Assembly: GCA_964016885.1 (NCBI GenBank)
Contig: OZ024740.1
Span: 268,894,001-268,958,000 of the forward strand
Source: Eledone cirrhosa
Lineage: Eukaryota
Reading direction: 5' to 3'
DNA: 64,000 bases
Part shown: piece after piece, positions 1-14,664 of the stretch
Layout: every line of letters begins with the position of its first letter
Position numbering within the stretch: position 1 is the first letter of the stretch
Notes under the pieces: generated by a model
What the model saw: only the letters and a program-made list of their open reading frames with translations
Told to the model about the DNA's origin: nothing
Database searches by the model: none
Program-made: the position numbers and the translations under genes

Positions 1-909
1 ATCTACCAAGCGGAAATGGCAATCAGCGGAGACTCCACTTCGACATTCTATAGGGGATGAGTGGAGGATAGGTGCGACGACGTTCTCGGGGAAACTCTAG
101 GTTCACGGAGGACGAACTAACCAGTCTGTTCGGGGGGACTTTCCATCCAGGGCCTATGGATAACTTCCAGAGGTCTATAGCCTAGCAATGCTACCGAGGA
201 GCTCTACCAGTTCGAGACAAAATCTATAGGCAGGGACGCCCTGGCAGAGATCCTGCCAAAAGGACCTGTCGAAGATGCGAGCAGGACATCGAAACCGTTC
301 TGCACACAATTGTTCAGTGCCCGGGGGTGTCCGACCTGTGGAATTATGTCGAACAGCTGCTGTCACGTGTGGGACGCAACCAGTTGTCAGCCGAGTCCAT
401 CGTGAGGATCACCCCGCCGCCTTCATTTAAGAACGAAGGAGAGGCGGTTTTCATCTGTCTGGTGGCTATCGCGAAAGAGGTAATATGGTGGACGAGGTTA
501 AAAGGACTGAGGGCAAACTCCTTTCTCTCCGGACAACAACTTATCCCCTTCTTTAAGAAGGAAGGTAAGAGTGGAGAGAGAGGTGCTACACCCCAGTAAA
601 TTCGCTGAAAGGTGGGTGAATGTGGCAAAAATGGCCCGAGTGAATGGGCCTTCTCTGTATATAAACCTGTAAGTTGAGGAAGATAAACAGAGGGTAGACA
701 GGAACACCTACAAAACGTGTTCCTGTGTTGAGGGTTGTTCTCTCCACGGGGTGTAAAACAACCCTGTAGTAACGTTCCCTCCTACTGGGGATTTCAATTG
801 TTATTTTATTATATAATAGTTTATTGTTATTTATTAATGTTAAAGTTATTTTTATGTAAAACCCCTGCCGTCACATCTTGTAATGTCCGATTTTTGTGGC
901 AAATAAGAA
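1..909 (+). mobile_element. 3' fragment of Tx1/L1-like LINE (ORF2 C-terminus plus 3'UTR), disrupted
   Basis: ORF 327..599 (DLWNYVEQLLSRVGRNQLSAESIVRITPPPSF...WWTRLKGL) is homologous to ORF 20975..21628. The 3'UTR has CCTACTGGGGATTT like the CCTATTGGGGAATT of the full copy and ends ...GTGGCAAATAAGAAA before a TA/TC microsatellite. Confidence 0.88.
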
Positions 910-1128
<219 letters not shown>

Positions 1129-2768
1129 AATATTTCGTATCTCCAAAGAAATAAGGTTTTAGGAAGCCGTAGCTATGCAAACACTGGGGGGGGGGGGGGC
1201 TAACGCCCTCTGGTGATGTCCAGCAGAAGCAAGGGCGACAACCGTCTTTTATATATATATATACATATATATATATATAAATCCGTATGCAGTTGGCGGA
1301 GATGGCAAGTTATGGTGAGAATTCTTTTATTAAATATTATTTGTTCATGTGTGTAGCGTTATCGAAAATATACGTGCGTGTATGATACAACGGTCTGACC
1401 CGTAAGATTGTGGTGTCTGGTGCGTGTGTGTGCTGAGGGATTTGAAGAAATTGAGTTAGCAAATTAAGACCATTTAAATGTTGACAACAATCCAGATGCA
1501 AGAGGTTGGTGGTCTCATGTGAAAAGAGCCTGAATCCTGAATGGTCTCTGGTGGAGTGAGTGCAAGAATAGGAATAGTGCGTAATTGTTTCCGTATACTT
1601 AAGTATCAGTGGAACCCTTTGGAACAATCCTTTTTCGTGAGTCTTGTGCAAGCCCTCACAATGTGCGTAGCAATCTCTATCCATTCCCCCTCACTCTGTA
1701 TTGCTCTGAAGTTAACTGAATATAATCGTTATGTCGTTTGTTTTCAATACCTTCTCTTGAACCGCCATAACATTACGTTCCGTTTCACTCTTCAAATCTC
1801 TTCCAAGTACAGTGATTAACGTTGTGACTACTTGTTCAATACCTGGGTAACCTGTTGATGGAAACGTAGACATACAGATCACTTCTCGCATTTAAATAGT
1901 ATCATCAATCTTTGGCAACCTAGAATCTAAAGTCTGGTCACAGTGCCATATGAAGAATTGCACTGAAATCATGGTATATTTTTCTTTCTGTACTGCTGTA
2001 TTCTGAAACTAAAACAATATAGACGTGTGATGTAAAAATGCTGGAAAGATTTCAACAGAAATACATCTGCTACATAATCATAATAAGTTGGTGTTCATTT
2101 CTTGCTGACTGAAGTTCTCCTTGAAGCTATTGTCACATCAATCTAAGCTATGCTTATTAGGAATCAACTCAGATGTACAGGCCATCCCCACCGTATGGAT
2201 GATGAGCGCTTTCCCGAGCAAATTATTTTATCGTGAGCGTATGCTCATGATAGTACCGGTTCAGTGAATGTCACTGATAAGAGATTATTGAATCTTGAAA
2301 ACGCGCTGTCTGGCATTCTCGACTCATACTGAAATATGTAGGGTCTCACAAAACAAAAGAAGGAAAAAAGTTTTTCTTAACGAAAAATATTTTCTTTTTG
2401 ATAGCAAGACTCCCATACCTTTATCGTATATAAACTTATAGTATATTCTTTCATATAGGCTATCAGCTTTATAGATGATTTCCAAAACAACAAATTAGTT
2501 GGTTTAGAAAAGGAAATAGAAACGGTAATCATATATAATTTGTAACCAATAAGAAAATAAATATGAATTGATACAAAATTCGTTTCCTATATATATCTGA
2601 AACAGTCTGGTTCAATCAAAATGTACCAAAAAGACAAGCAAAAATGCCAATAAGCTTTCGTTAAGTTTATTGCGTAATAAATATTCACTCGCGCAATTGA
2701 ATTAATTAAATGAAATCACACACACTCACACACATACATACACAGAGAGAGAGAGAGAGAGTGAGAGA

Positions 2769-2857
<89 letters not shown>

Positions 2858-3836
2858 GTCGGAGAGAGAGAGAGAGAGTGAGTGAGTGATTGAGAGAGAG
2901 CGAAAGAGAAAAAACGCGAGAGAGTGAGAGATAAAAAACGAAAACAAAAATGCAAAACAGATTTTACTATATGAATATTAAGTGAAGCATCATGCTCATA
3001 AATCGTTTGATGATTATGTGAGAATATGGAGAATAAATAAATGCAATTCATTGGGTATAATAATTTGTCATCGAAGATATGTAAAAAATAAATGATAACG
3101 TGAAAACGTTGTTTCAATTGTAATTCGGACGTAAATTTCATCTAGATATAGCAGATTACTAGGAATAAAATGGCCCGAAAGGAATAACTGAAACAGAGAC
3201 ATCGAAAAATCTAAATGATATTAAGATTAATTTAGAATGTGGCAATGCAGTGTAAATGCCCGATGTATTTGTAACCTCATATGACAACAAAAATATCTAA
3301 TCATAGTGGTTTTAGAAATGAAGTAAAATTAGAGGGAATGAAGTTTCTTTTAAAGGTAGTGAAATGCAAACCAGAATGAGATAATGTGTCCAATTATAAA
3401 TAAACGGTAAATAACAGAAAATATGAAGGAAAAATGATATGATATTCACTCAAGTCAATTGCAGTTGTAAAGAACAATATTTATTCCTTTTCATTGAATC
3501 CATAAAAGGGAAATATAAATGAGATCAAAATGTTAAGAACCACGACAAGCAAACAATAACAAATATTTCTAATATATTCTCACTTAAAAATTCTCATAAA
3601 GATATATTGCCATATGTCAGTTTAGTTAGGTATGGTTTAGTTAGCAAAGGTGTGACCTTTTATTAGAGAGGGAAAATAAATTAAAAGGTGCCTGCCATAT
3701 TCTCTTTAGTCAGCTATGTAGGGTGAAATCATCTCTTTTCAAGGGTGTCATGGAGGCACACTATTTTGTATATCATATTACGTTAATACTTAATGGATTG
3801 GTGCTGTTTCTAGCACCTTGTATAGTATTCAGTTAC

Positions 3837-3898
<62 letters not shown>

Positions 3899-3915
3899 AT
3901 ATATATATATATATA

Positions 3916-3955
<40 letters not shown>

Positions 3956-3998
3956 TATATATAAACATATATATATTCAAATATATATATATACATAC

Positions 3999-4041
<43 letters not shown>

Positions 4042-4115
4042 ATTCTTTGGGAGGGTCATGTTGCCAATAATTCAGAAACGAAATATATATATATACATAT
4101 ACATATATATATTTA

Positions 4116-4189
<74 letters not shown>

Positions 4190-4562
4190 AATATATATAT
4201 ATTTATATTTATATACATATATATATATATATATACATACACACATACCCCCCCCCACATATATATATATAGCCATGTAAAAACTGCGATTTGCCTCTTG
4301 TTGGTTTCTTACTGCACCAGTAATGTAATTACATTACTAACGCATCAGGACGCTAATGCGCAATGAATAATCCACATATTTCAACAAAAGATCACCAATC
4401 AACTTAATGCACAGACTTGCGAAACCAACGAACTATAAATGGCTAACATGTTATTAAACAGTCTTCAGGTAAAATAATGATATTTGACCTTTTATTTAAA
4501 GGGCATTTATATATTAAAGAAAACAAAAAAATCCCTACTATATTTGTGTTTGTAATAGATAA

Positions 4563-4601
<39 letters not shown>

Positions 4602-4612
4602 TATGTGTGTGT

Positions 4613-4649
<37 letters not shown>

Positions 4650-4907
4650 AGTGTTTGTGTGTATGTATGTAAATATATAAACATATATATCTACATGTAT
4701 GTGTGTACGTATGTATGAAGATTTTATTATTTTACAATGTTTACCCCATAGAGAGAGAATCGGTTTCTAACATAGAAACAAATCAGTTTCATTGGGATTT
4801 AAACAAAATCTAGATATATGAGTATGTCTCTATGTGTTTATGTATCTCTCTCGCTCTCTATCTCTTTTTATCTACCCCCCCCCCCCCCGCTCTCACTCTC
4901 TCTCTTT

Positions 4908-4955
<48 letters not shown>

Positions 4956-4989
4956 AGGTATGAGTGTTGCATTTGTGGATCCGTATGTT

Positions 4990-5260
4990 CTCGACGTCTA
5001 TTGGCTTCCCTAGGCTCTGCCTCGCTTGCCTTAGCGCCGACCATTCCTTCTCAACGTTCTTTGGTCTCTCACCATGTTCTGCCTCGCTTGCCTTGTCGCC
5101 GCCTGTTCATTTTCAGCATCTTCTTATTTTGTTAGGCTCTGCCTCTCTCGCCATGGTACCGACCATTCGTTCTCGGCATTCTTTGGCCTCCCTAGACTCT
5201 AACATCTCACCTTGGCGCCGACCATTCGTTCTCGCCAACTGTTCGTTCTCGGCGTCCTTC
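4990..5260 (+). repeat. Diverged minisatellite, ~50-65 bp units
   Basis: The motif GGCTCTGCCTCGCTTGCCTT(A/G)GCGCCGACCATTCGTTCTC recurs about 4-5 times with variation. Confidence 0.7.
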
Positions 5261-6181
5261 TGTTGGATATAACCAAGCGAGTTGACTTGCAGCTAAAGAT
5301 GATTAAATTGAAATCCAATGCTGCATTGTCCTAAACACAGGGATTGGATTGATGATATATAAAAATGGTATGTCTGTGCCCAAATATTTGATGTTCCTTC
5401 TTTTCATATTTCTTTCAATAAAGAATCTTGCAATGCAAATTTTATTCATCTATATTTTTCTGTGAGTGTTAAAAGAATTAATCACAGATTGACCTTTTAC
5501 GATGGTCATACATTTTATTGTCCAGAAAATTTCCTATTAGGATATCTGCCCATCTGGAATTTATAGTTTTAAATATTTACTCTACAAGTGGAAACCTGTA
5601 TAGTAAATATTTAAATATTCGTTGTGAAAGTAGGCAGTGACGCAAAAACTGCTGGGAAACCCTACCCTAAAAACTAGAGACCGTTTAAAACTACCAGATA
5701 AATACTTTATTGCCAACAACATACAAAACCGGATTATTTACCAGGAAAATAGTTAATATCTTACAGAAGGAGCAGATTCTCTGAAATTGTAAAGCGTATC
5801 TACTGTTGAGCCGAACGGAGTCATTGCCAAAATGATAAAGAATTCGTTTCATAATCTTCAAGTACCGGTTTCTATCACACTACGTAAATTCATTGGCAAG
5901 TGTCTTTTTTTTATTTCCAAAATTTGGATCACCCCAAATCTTGTAAAGAATCTGCTTGACCAAACCTGTAATTACATAACCAGCACTGTCATATACTCCC
6001 AGAAAATTGCGCTAAAGCTACATATATCTAAGAAATCCCTAGCTGCTGATATGGGGATTCAATCACTAAGACATTCCATTGCTTGAAGAATTGCAACATT
6101 AATTGTCGAAATCAACGGAGATTCATTTACAATTATTTTATATTGAACCTAGCAATAACTGAAGACATCAAAAATATAATA

Positions 6182-6481
6182 CTGTGGAACATCGGTTCAT
6201 GAACGCCTCTCATCACGAACAAACCATTTTTCCGAAATTAAAACGTCTTGGTTCACGAACGGTGTCTCGAGAAACGATCCGTAAGCCGGCAACAAGATTG
6301 GAAAATCGGTGGGACAGCGTCACTTGCTGTGTTACTATTTTGATATCACACACAACAGACTCTTTCTCACTGTATTCCTCTCTCAACATTTCGTACAGGA
6401 AAAATAGATTCGGCTTACGAACATTTCGTGTGACGAAGGGTATTCAGGAACGAATTGTGTTCGTGAACCGATGTTCCATTG
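6182..6481. mobile_element. pogo/Tigger-like MITE (300 bp)
   Basis: Terminal inverted repeats CTGTGGAACATCGGTTCATGAAC / GTTCGTGAACCGATGTTCCATTG, flanked by TA on both sides. Confidence 0.85.
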
Positions 6482-7086
6482 TATATCAAAATATGACATG
6501 TATTGAATATAAGCAAGCCTTTGGCAGTATTATCACACTAGCTCAATACTGACAATATTAACTACACCATTTTGAAATGGAAAGATTATATCACTGAAAA
6601 GCAAAGAGAAGATACAAAATATATCCCGATGGTCTTACGAAAATAGATATTTCAGGAATACCTTTGATCACATCTATTCTTCTCTCCGTTTTGATTCCTT
6701 CAGCAAAATTTGAAAAATGAAAGTAACATTGTTTCTAACAATTTATATACCATCTATTCTATCTGGAGATGGAAGGGGAGAAGTAAAACAAGTAGGAGGC
6801 ATTAAAACTATTTACAATGGTAAAAGACCATCTGTAGAATTTTCTAAAACAGTGCATGAATTCAGCCGTGTTATTAAACTGGGTATGTAGTTACCTAACT
6901 ATGCGAAATGATTGTAAGAAGAAGCCAATTAATTTCAACTGAGAACGGTTAACTAGACTCTGACACTGAAATTAGATATTTAGAAAAATAACTCATACAA
7001 TTGCCTGCTTGTAGATGAAACTCATAAGATACAACAAGCAGAAATAAAACGAAAGAATAAAATTAGAAAAGTGTATAATAGAAGGA

Positions 7087-7250
7087 AAGCGACGAGTTGG
7101 CAGTTCGTCAGAAAGTCTGATAGAATGCTTTGCGATATGTTCTTCGACTCTCGGCTCCCTGGGTTCAAATCCTGCCCAAGTCAACGTGGTTTTTCATCCA
7201 TTCATGGTCGATAAAAAAGTGCCAGTCTAGTACTGGAGTCGATTCATCCT
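7087..7250 (+). mobile_element. Older diverged tRNA-derived SINE
   Basis: B box GGTTCAAATCC followed by TTTTCATCCATTCATGGTCGATAAAA, a diverged match to the young SINE core. Confidence 0.7.
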
Positions 7251-7548
7251 CTATATTATTCCCACTTCCATTCTCTCACTCTCTATCCTTCTCTGATAGA
7301 AATCTACTGTGTTCCGACCTGGATAGAAGATGGGCTCCGCCAGGTTTTAAAATACCCTAGAAACACCGTATGTCAAAACGGCACCCATACAAATCCCTCA
7401 GGTGTTATAGGCAAAAGAAGAATAAGATAATAACAGAATCAGACTAGCCTTAATGCCAGGAAAAATGTACTCTGAAAAAACTGAATCCAGTGCCAGAAAT
7501 AATATAACTGATATAAATATATTAACTACGTTATTAACTAAGTTATAA

Positions 7549-7734
7549 GGCGGTGGATTGGCAGTATCGGTAGTGGGTCGGATGCCATGCTTTGACGTAT
7601 AGAGTTACGGCCCTTGCCATTCTGAGTTCAAATCCCGCCGAGGTTAACTTTGCCTTTCATCCTTACGGGGTCGATAAAATAAAGTACCAGTAATGCACTG
7701 AGTAATTGTTGGCCTTGTGCCAAAAGTAGAAACA
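7549..7734 (+). mobile_element. tRNA-derived SINE, full length
   Basis: A-box-like TGGCAGTATCGG, B box GAGTTCAAATCC, core GCCTTTCATCCTTACGGGGTCGATAAAATAAAGTACCAG. 19 bp target-site duplication GTTATTAACTAAGTTATAA (7530-7548 and 7735-7753). Confidence 0.93.
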
Positions 7735-7832
7735 GTTATTAACTAAGTTATAAACTACAGCTACGATGTGAATTAGAGGTTAAGAGAATAAGTTAGTAAA
7801 ACTAAATTCACTCATGATTATTAAATGATAAT

Positions 7833-8011
7833 TGTTTCTACTTTTAGCACAAGGCCAGCAATACCCAGTGTATTACTGGTACCTTATTTTATCGACCCCC
7901 TAAGGATGAAAGGCAAAGTTAACCTCGGCGGGTTTTGAACTCAGAATGGCAAGGGCCATAACTCTATGCGTCAGAGCATGGCGTCCAACCCTCTACCGAT
8001 ACTGCCAATCC
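7833..8011 (-). mobile_element. tRNA-derived SINE, same family
   Basis: Reverse complement of the 7549 copy. TSD AAATGATAAT (7823-7832 and 8012-8021). Confidence 0.92.
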
Positions 8012-8179
8012 AAATGATAATGCCAGCAAAACATGAACAATTCTCATAAGAAAGCAACTAGAAACTGATTCTCTGTATAATAAATAATAAAGTGCATAGT
8101 CCAAGCTAAAGAAGATACAATTCGATACGGAGAAACAAAAAGAAAGTTGACATTAAAATGTCTCACCAAAATATATTGG

Positions 8180-8500
8180 GAGAAAAATCTCTTCGTGGCC
8201 AGTACTCGAGAAAAAGGAAGTAAGGCAGCATGAAAATCAGCACTAGCTCAAAAGTTCTGAACCAAAACAGAAATGGAATATCTCATTTTAGTTACACAAT
8301 TTCAACACCTAGCCATAAATATCCATAATAGGAAAATAATGTAACAAAAGACTGACAATCATCAGACTATGTAATAAAAAATATAGTGTTCATTACATCA
8401 TTTGTTGTACAATCTTCGCAAAAACAGAATATATCGACAAATATGACCGAGTAGATAATTATGGTGGAAGGGCAATGTGCCAATGTATCAACAGAAAAAC
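8180..8500 (+). pseudogene. Highly decayed R4/Dong-like LINE fragment (CCHC region)
   Basis: Piecewise translation (TEMEYLILVTQFQHLAIN...RLC...CCTIFAKTEYIDKYDRV) resembles the TEG..MAAQEQAL...CRLC...H...C..LA...Y..RHD segment. Many stops. Confidence 0.4.
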
Positions 8501-9104
8501 CTCGGAAGCGGTATATACGAGAAATAAAGCCAATACATCATCAGACTGAGAAGGAGGTAAAAGGGACACGAATAGATATAAAATTCAAAAGATAAAATGT
8601 ATGTACCCTGATGGCTAGTGAGTTTTTTAAACCCCGTTATTCATTGAAACGTAACTGCGTCTGATTGATTTGGAGGGCCCTGCAGTCATGCGATTTGGTT
8701 GTATGTAGCATGTGAAGAAATATTCCGAATAAAAATAAATAGCAGGTCATGTATTCGTTTATAGTTGCGTGCAGTTCAGGGTAGTGGTATATCAGCAAGG
8801 AAAGAGAAGATGAGATGTGACAGAGTAGAAGTGAGGTAAGAGGGATTGATCTGAGATAAGGCGAGTGAACTAGAAGGACTGAAAAGAAAAAAAATAAACG
8901 AGAAAAAACTTGTTTAAAGAAGACGGTTTCGGTCAACTGATTAGAAGTCTCGGATCTATCAGAGGTGAAGTTTATATATCCTTCATTGGAATCATTGTGA
9001 CATAGTATAACATAGCTGCACATTTAAATTATATTCCACTCGATGAACCGAGGCTATTTGTGGAGCAAGGCGTGATTCTCTCTCTTTCTATCTCGCCCTT
9101 TCTC

Positions 9105-9143
<39 letters not shown>

Positions 9144-9372
9144 AATATTAGAAGAAAGAAGAATACTGCGTGGTTGCACATGGGTTACATATGATAAAAA
9201 TAGTCCTTCGTCAGTGATTTTCCAACCGTCATTGGTATTTCATCGCATTAAAAATCATATACCTCAGGTTGGTGCGAGCAATAACTAAAAAAAGTTATTG
9301 GGACCAGTAAATCGCGTAAAGCGAGGGGGACAAGTAAACAACATAGAAGGATAAAAGCAAACCAAATATAGG

Positions 9373-9456
<84 letters not shown>

Positions 9457-10449
9457 AGAGAAGAGAGAGAGAGAGATTCACGCCTCGCTCCACAAATTGT
9501 AAACACAATAGACGGAAGGACCCTTTTAGGAACTCATATGCTTGCCGGGTACACCAGAGGAAGAACATGTATTTGCCTGCAGCATATAACATAAAGGTAT
9601 ATTTATCTGAAGAATCGCTCCTATTGCAGCAACAAATGTAAATACCGCATCTTGGATTGCATAGGGGAACTATTGAAATAATTATAATGAATAAATGCTT
9701 TATGTAATCAAATCATCTTTCTTAATGTTATTCTTATATATATGTATATATATGTTTATGTATGTATGCGTGTATGTATGTATGTGAGTGTGTGCGTGTA
9801 ATATTAATTAACGGGACACAGGTATATATTTCTAGAAACATTAATTCTTGTGCAAGTTAATTGTAGCCTTCGTCCACTGTAGCACGTTTACAGATTCCAG
9901 TCCTTTCGTTTCAATTAATTTCCTTCAGTTAATTTGCTCTGTCATTAGTTCGTCTTCAGAGACATGCACGCTTCCCAGTAATTGATATAATTTTCTTTTA
10001 ATATATTTAGATACATCCCTTCATTTGTTATCTAGATTAAATTAATCCCCATATATTATATTATAACGCATTAAACCGGGATTTCCTGAGCAATGTTTCA
10101 AGAAATCTACTTTTGTGATACATCTATGACGTGTTTTTGAAAATAATTATACTTTTTAACTTTCTTATTACACTTAGTCTTTCATCTAATGATGCACACT
10201 CTACTTTTTTCAAGTACAAAATAAAGATGTTTGAATGTGGTCTCTCAGCAGATTAAAATAATCTCTACGTAGATTAATAGAATACTGCAGCAAATTAAAT
10301 GTATTCTAATTATAAAACGCCGTATGTTATACTAGTTGGTAACGATGTAGCAACTAATGAGGTGTAAAATGTAATTGTTGGTGTGAAAATTTCTTGAACA
10401 AGTATCAAAATATATTTTAGGGGTTTATGGGTAAAATAATTTGTTTTCG

Positions 10450-10522
<73 letters not shown>

Positions 10523-11341
10523 TATATAACACAGTTTAACTTATATGTATTTCAAGTGAGTATAATTCAATTTTAAGTGTATTTCCACACGCTGTGTTTG
10601 TAAACTTCTTAGTAACCATCTTCTAATTAGAGGACATGTCCAATGATGAAATATTGAAGTTTCCATCATTCAGATTTCAATATTTCAAGGAACATCTGCT
10701 CACAATTGGCACAGGGGGTTGGCTTCCTTCTATTTGAGTTGCGTTTTCGTCACGATCCAAGCGTTCTTAATTGAAATCAACATAGATGAATAACGTGCAT
10801 CTCTTGCTTATTTGAACTCACTCGAACAACCATTTAACTTTGTGAGGCTAGGGAACTTATCGATTAGCATGGAGTGTTAGAAATCATCCCTCAGTGTACA
10901 ATTGGCTTCAATTGTTTTGAAAAATTCGTGCATAAGTGGATAGCATGAATCACTCCGCTATCTTCATTTTCATCTTTAGAAATTAATTGATTCCGTTTGA
11001 CTGGTAGCCCTGATTATTTCTATGTTCTTACACTTGAAAGAATGCAAACCAACAACTTCACGTGTCTTTTATATTTATCAACTTTTACTTCTGAGAAGGT
11101 GAAGCTTCACATCTGACCCTTCAACCTTTGAAGTTAACGAGAAAGTTAGACACTTTATCCAACATTTTGACTATAGAATCATAATTTGAATAATAGGGCA
11201 TATAGACAGGAGTTGACTTCAGCGCCTGTGGGACTCGAACTCGCACCTTCATGCTTGCCAAACTTAGCTGTTACCATCACACAATAAAGAAATTTCGATG
11301 ACATTCCACTCCCATATTCATACAAGAAGTCATTTCTGTAT

Positions 11342-11376
<35 letters not shown>

Positions 11377-11431
11377 GTATATATATGTATATATATATGT
11401 ATATATATGTATATATATGTATATATATATG

Positions 11432-11520
<89 letters not shown>

Positions 11521-11522
11521 AT

Positions 11523-11745
11523 ATAGAAAAGATGAATATAAAATGAAAGTGCTTTTATAAAGGAATTTATTAGGTATTGACATATGTTTCTGTAACAGAC
11601 GGAATACCTATGTAGCGCTGCATGCGTTATCATATAATGTTAGCAAGTATTCGATAGCAAATGTATAATCAGTTGTCACTTCTTCAGAAATATTGGATAA
11701 ATTGGAAAAAATCAGAAAAATTGAAGTATTTATATTAGTTGTAAG
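11523..11745 (-). mobile_element. (TA)n-embedded repeat with hammerhead-like motif; same family as 43388-43981
   Basis: Near-identical to 43388-43610. The minus strand reads CTGAAGA AGTGACA...TGTTACA GAAAC ATAT GTC. Confidence 0.75.
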
Positions 11746-11778
11746 AAGTTTTAAATCTTATATATGTATATATTTATA

Positions 11779-11940
<162 letters not shown>

Positions 11941-11971
11941 TATATACATATATATACATATATATATATAC

Positions 11972-12254
<283 letters not shown>

Positions 12255-12466
12255 TTCGTTTCTGAATTTGTTTAGCAATATTCTTTATCTGAAATCGTGT
12301 GTTGAAACCGATATTGTTATACTTTGGGAGTGTCATGTTGCCAATAAGAAACACACGCACCAGTTGCTTTCACTTCAATTTATTATAAATTAAATTCATA
12401 AATTTAGGAATTTATAAATTTCCGGTTGGTTGGTTGGTTCCACAACCAAACGATTGTTCATATATT

Positions 12467-12509
12467 GTCAAAGTTCTTTCATCACACATTATGTGACCTC
12501 TTCAGTGAC
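12467..12509 (-). ncRNA. Minimal hammerhead-like motif (near-canonical)
   Basis: Minus strand: GTCA CTGAAGA G GTCACAT AAT GTGTGAT GAAA GAACTT TGAC. Stem I GUCA/UGAC, 7 bp stem II, very short stem III. Confidence 0.5.
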
Positions 12510-12804
12510 TGGGGATTCTTTTCTTTGTTTTTGTGCCTCTCCTTTGTTCTGTCCTACGCCATCCTGTTTGTGTGTGTGTTGTGTGCTTAGTTTGCGCTTG
12601 TGTTACATACGGGTGTCTGTGTGTGTTTATATTTGTTTATTTATTTGTTTATTTACATGTTACTGGTTGGTTGTTTGTTCTATGTGTGTGTGTTTTCATT
12701 TTGTCCTTAATTGTAAGTTGTGATTATATAGTAATAATAATAAATTTGAAGACTAAAATCCAAAGGGGAAAGCAGCGATTCTTTGCTTAAACTTTAATCT
12801 GTTA

Positions 12805-12875
<71 letters not shown>

Positions 12876-13344
12876 CCTCTTACTTTCGCTCAACCCCTCT
12901 GCTAGTCACCTTATCTCGGCTAGCCTGCCACTATAACTATCTCTTTCTCGCTTCCTCTGACTTTCACTCACTCCCTCTCTGCTAGTCACCCTCTCTACGC
13001 TAGCTCACTTCCTCCCTCGTTCGCCACTGCAAGCAATCTCTGTTCTCGCTCACACTGTTACAGTGAAGACGTGTCTGTTCTCACGTCAAACTTGTCAGAA
13101 CTTATGTTCGAAAAATTTTGTTGACTTGATATTTTCCTCTCTTTACGTTACTTCACATGTTGTATCTGTTTACGTTTTTTTCTCTTTCTCTCTCCCCACC
13201 TTCTCTTTTTTATCCCAATAACTTAATCTAGTTATTGCTCTCTAACGTGAAGAGATACCTAATGCGAAGAAATCCTAGCAGACACAACTGACGATGGATA
13301 TTACCCTCTTTCGCCCGTTACTTTTATTTTCATTATATATATAA

Positions 13345-13531
13345 GGGCGGTGAATTGGCAGTATCGGTAGAGGGTTGGACGCCATGCTTTGATGCATAGA
13401 GTTACGGCCCTTGCCATTCTGAGTTCAAATCCCGCCTAGGTTAACTTTGTCTTTCATCCTTACGGGGTCGATAAAATAAAGTACGAGTAATACACTGGGA
13501 TAATTGCTGGCCTTGTGCCAAAAGTAGAAAC
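13345..13531 (+). mobile_element. tRNA-derived SINE, full length
   Basis: Same sequence family as 7549-7734; ATTATATATATA on both flanks. Confidence 0.92.
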
Positions 13532-13578
<47 letters not shown>

Positions 13579-13586
13579 CATATATA

Positions 13587-13641
<55 letters not shown>

Positions 13642-13651
13642 GTACATATAC

Positions 13652-13681
<30 letters not shown>

Positions 13682-13685
<4 letters not shown>

Positions 13686-14338
13686 TAAGACAGGGGGGAA
13701 GAAAAAATGGCTTCACTTGTGCTTTCAACAAATTTATTTTCTTTACAAAATCCAAAAAGAATTTTTTCAAGGATTTTTTCCCGAACAAAGGACTAATTTT
13801 GGGATGGACGTAGAAAAATTCTTCAGAAAAAAATAATTGTTTACAAACTTGGCAGGTGCGATTTGCCTGTGACCATTCTCAACACAAAGGAATCCCCTGA
13901 ATAAAGGAATTTCTCGAGAATGACCGGGGCAGGCCGCACTTGCTACATTTCTCCCACCCAACCCTACTCACCGTATCAACTCATTACTGCTATTAACACT
14001 TTTTCAACACACCTACACCCATACACTTATTAAAAGGGGGAAGAAACCCCCACCACCACCACCACACCACAGACATGTTAAATCCCTATATATAGAACAA
14101 CACACCACATACACATCAGTTTGACAAGCGCACCTCAGCGTGAAAGGTCGTTCTAAAAACGAAACAATACCCCCTACGTTAACCATGAACTCCTAACTTA
14201 ATTTATAAAATAATTATTTTTATGAAAAAATTTTTTTTTTCTAATCCTGAAAAAAAATTCTTTTTGGATTTTGTGAAGAAAATAAATTTGTTGAAAGCAC
14301 AAGCGAAGCCATTTTTACTTCCCCCCTGTCTTAATATA
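13682..14338. mobile_element. Fold-back element with ~95 bp inverted ends, between (TA)n tracts
   Basis: 13682-13775 (ATTAAGACAGGGGGAAG...AAGAATTTTTTCAAGGATT) is the reverse complement of ~14243-14338. Confidence 0.8.
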
Positions 14339-14367
14339 CCTAACTATACCAAGGATTACACACATTT

Positions 14368-14503
<136 letters not shown>

Positions 14504-14664
14504 TTATATACGTTGATTGCCAAATAAATTAACTATGGAGATATAATAGATACAGAAGCGAAAACCAACCAAACAGTGAGTGTGCTCTGTTATTATTTTT
14601 GGCAATATTATTACAACAATATGACCCTCCCCACGTATAACAATATATTTATATATATATATAT

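Noticed and set aside
7549-7640. tRNA gene
   Set aside because: A/B boxes belong to a SINE head with core, tail and TSD; no cloverleaf.
8920-8970. Minus-strand CTGATAG...CCGAAACCGTC motif
   Set aside because: Core and stems I/II do not pair convincingly.
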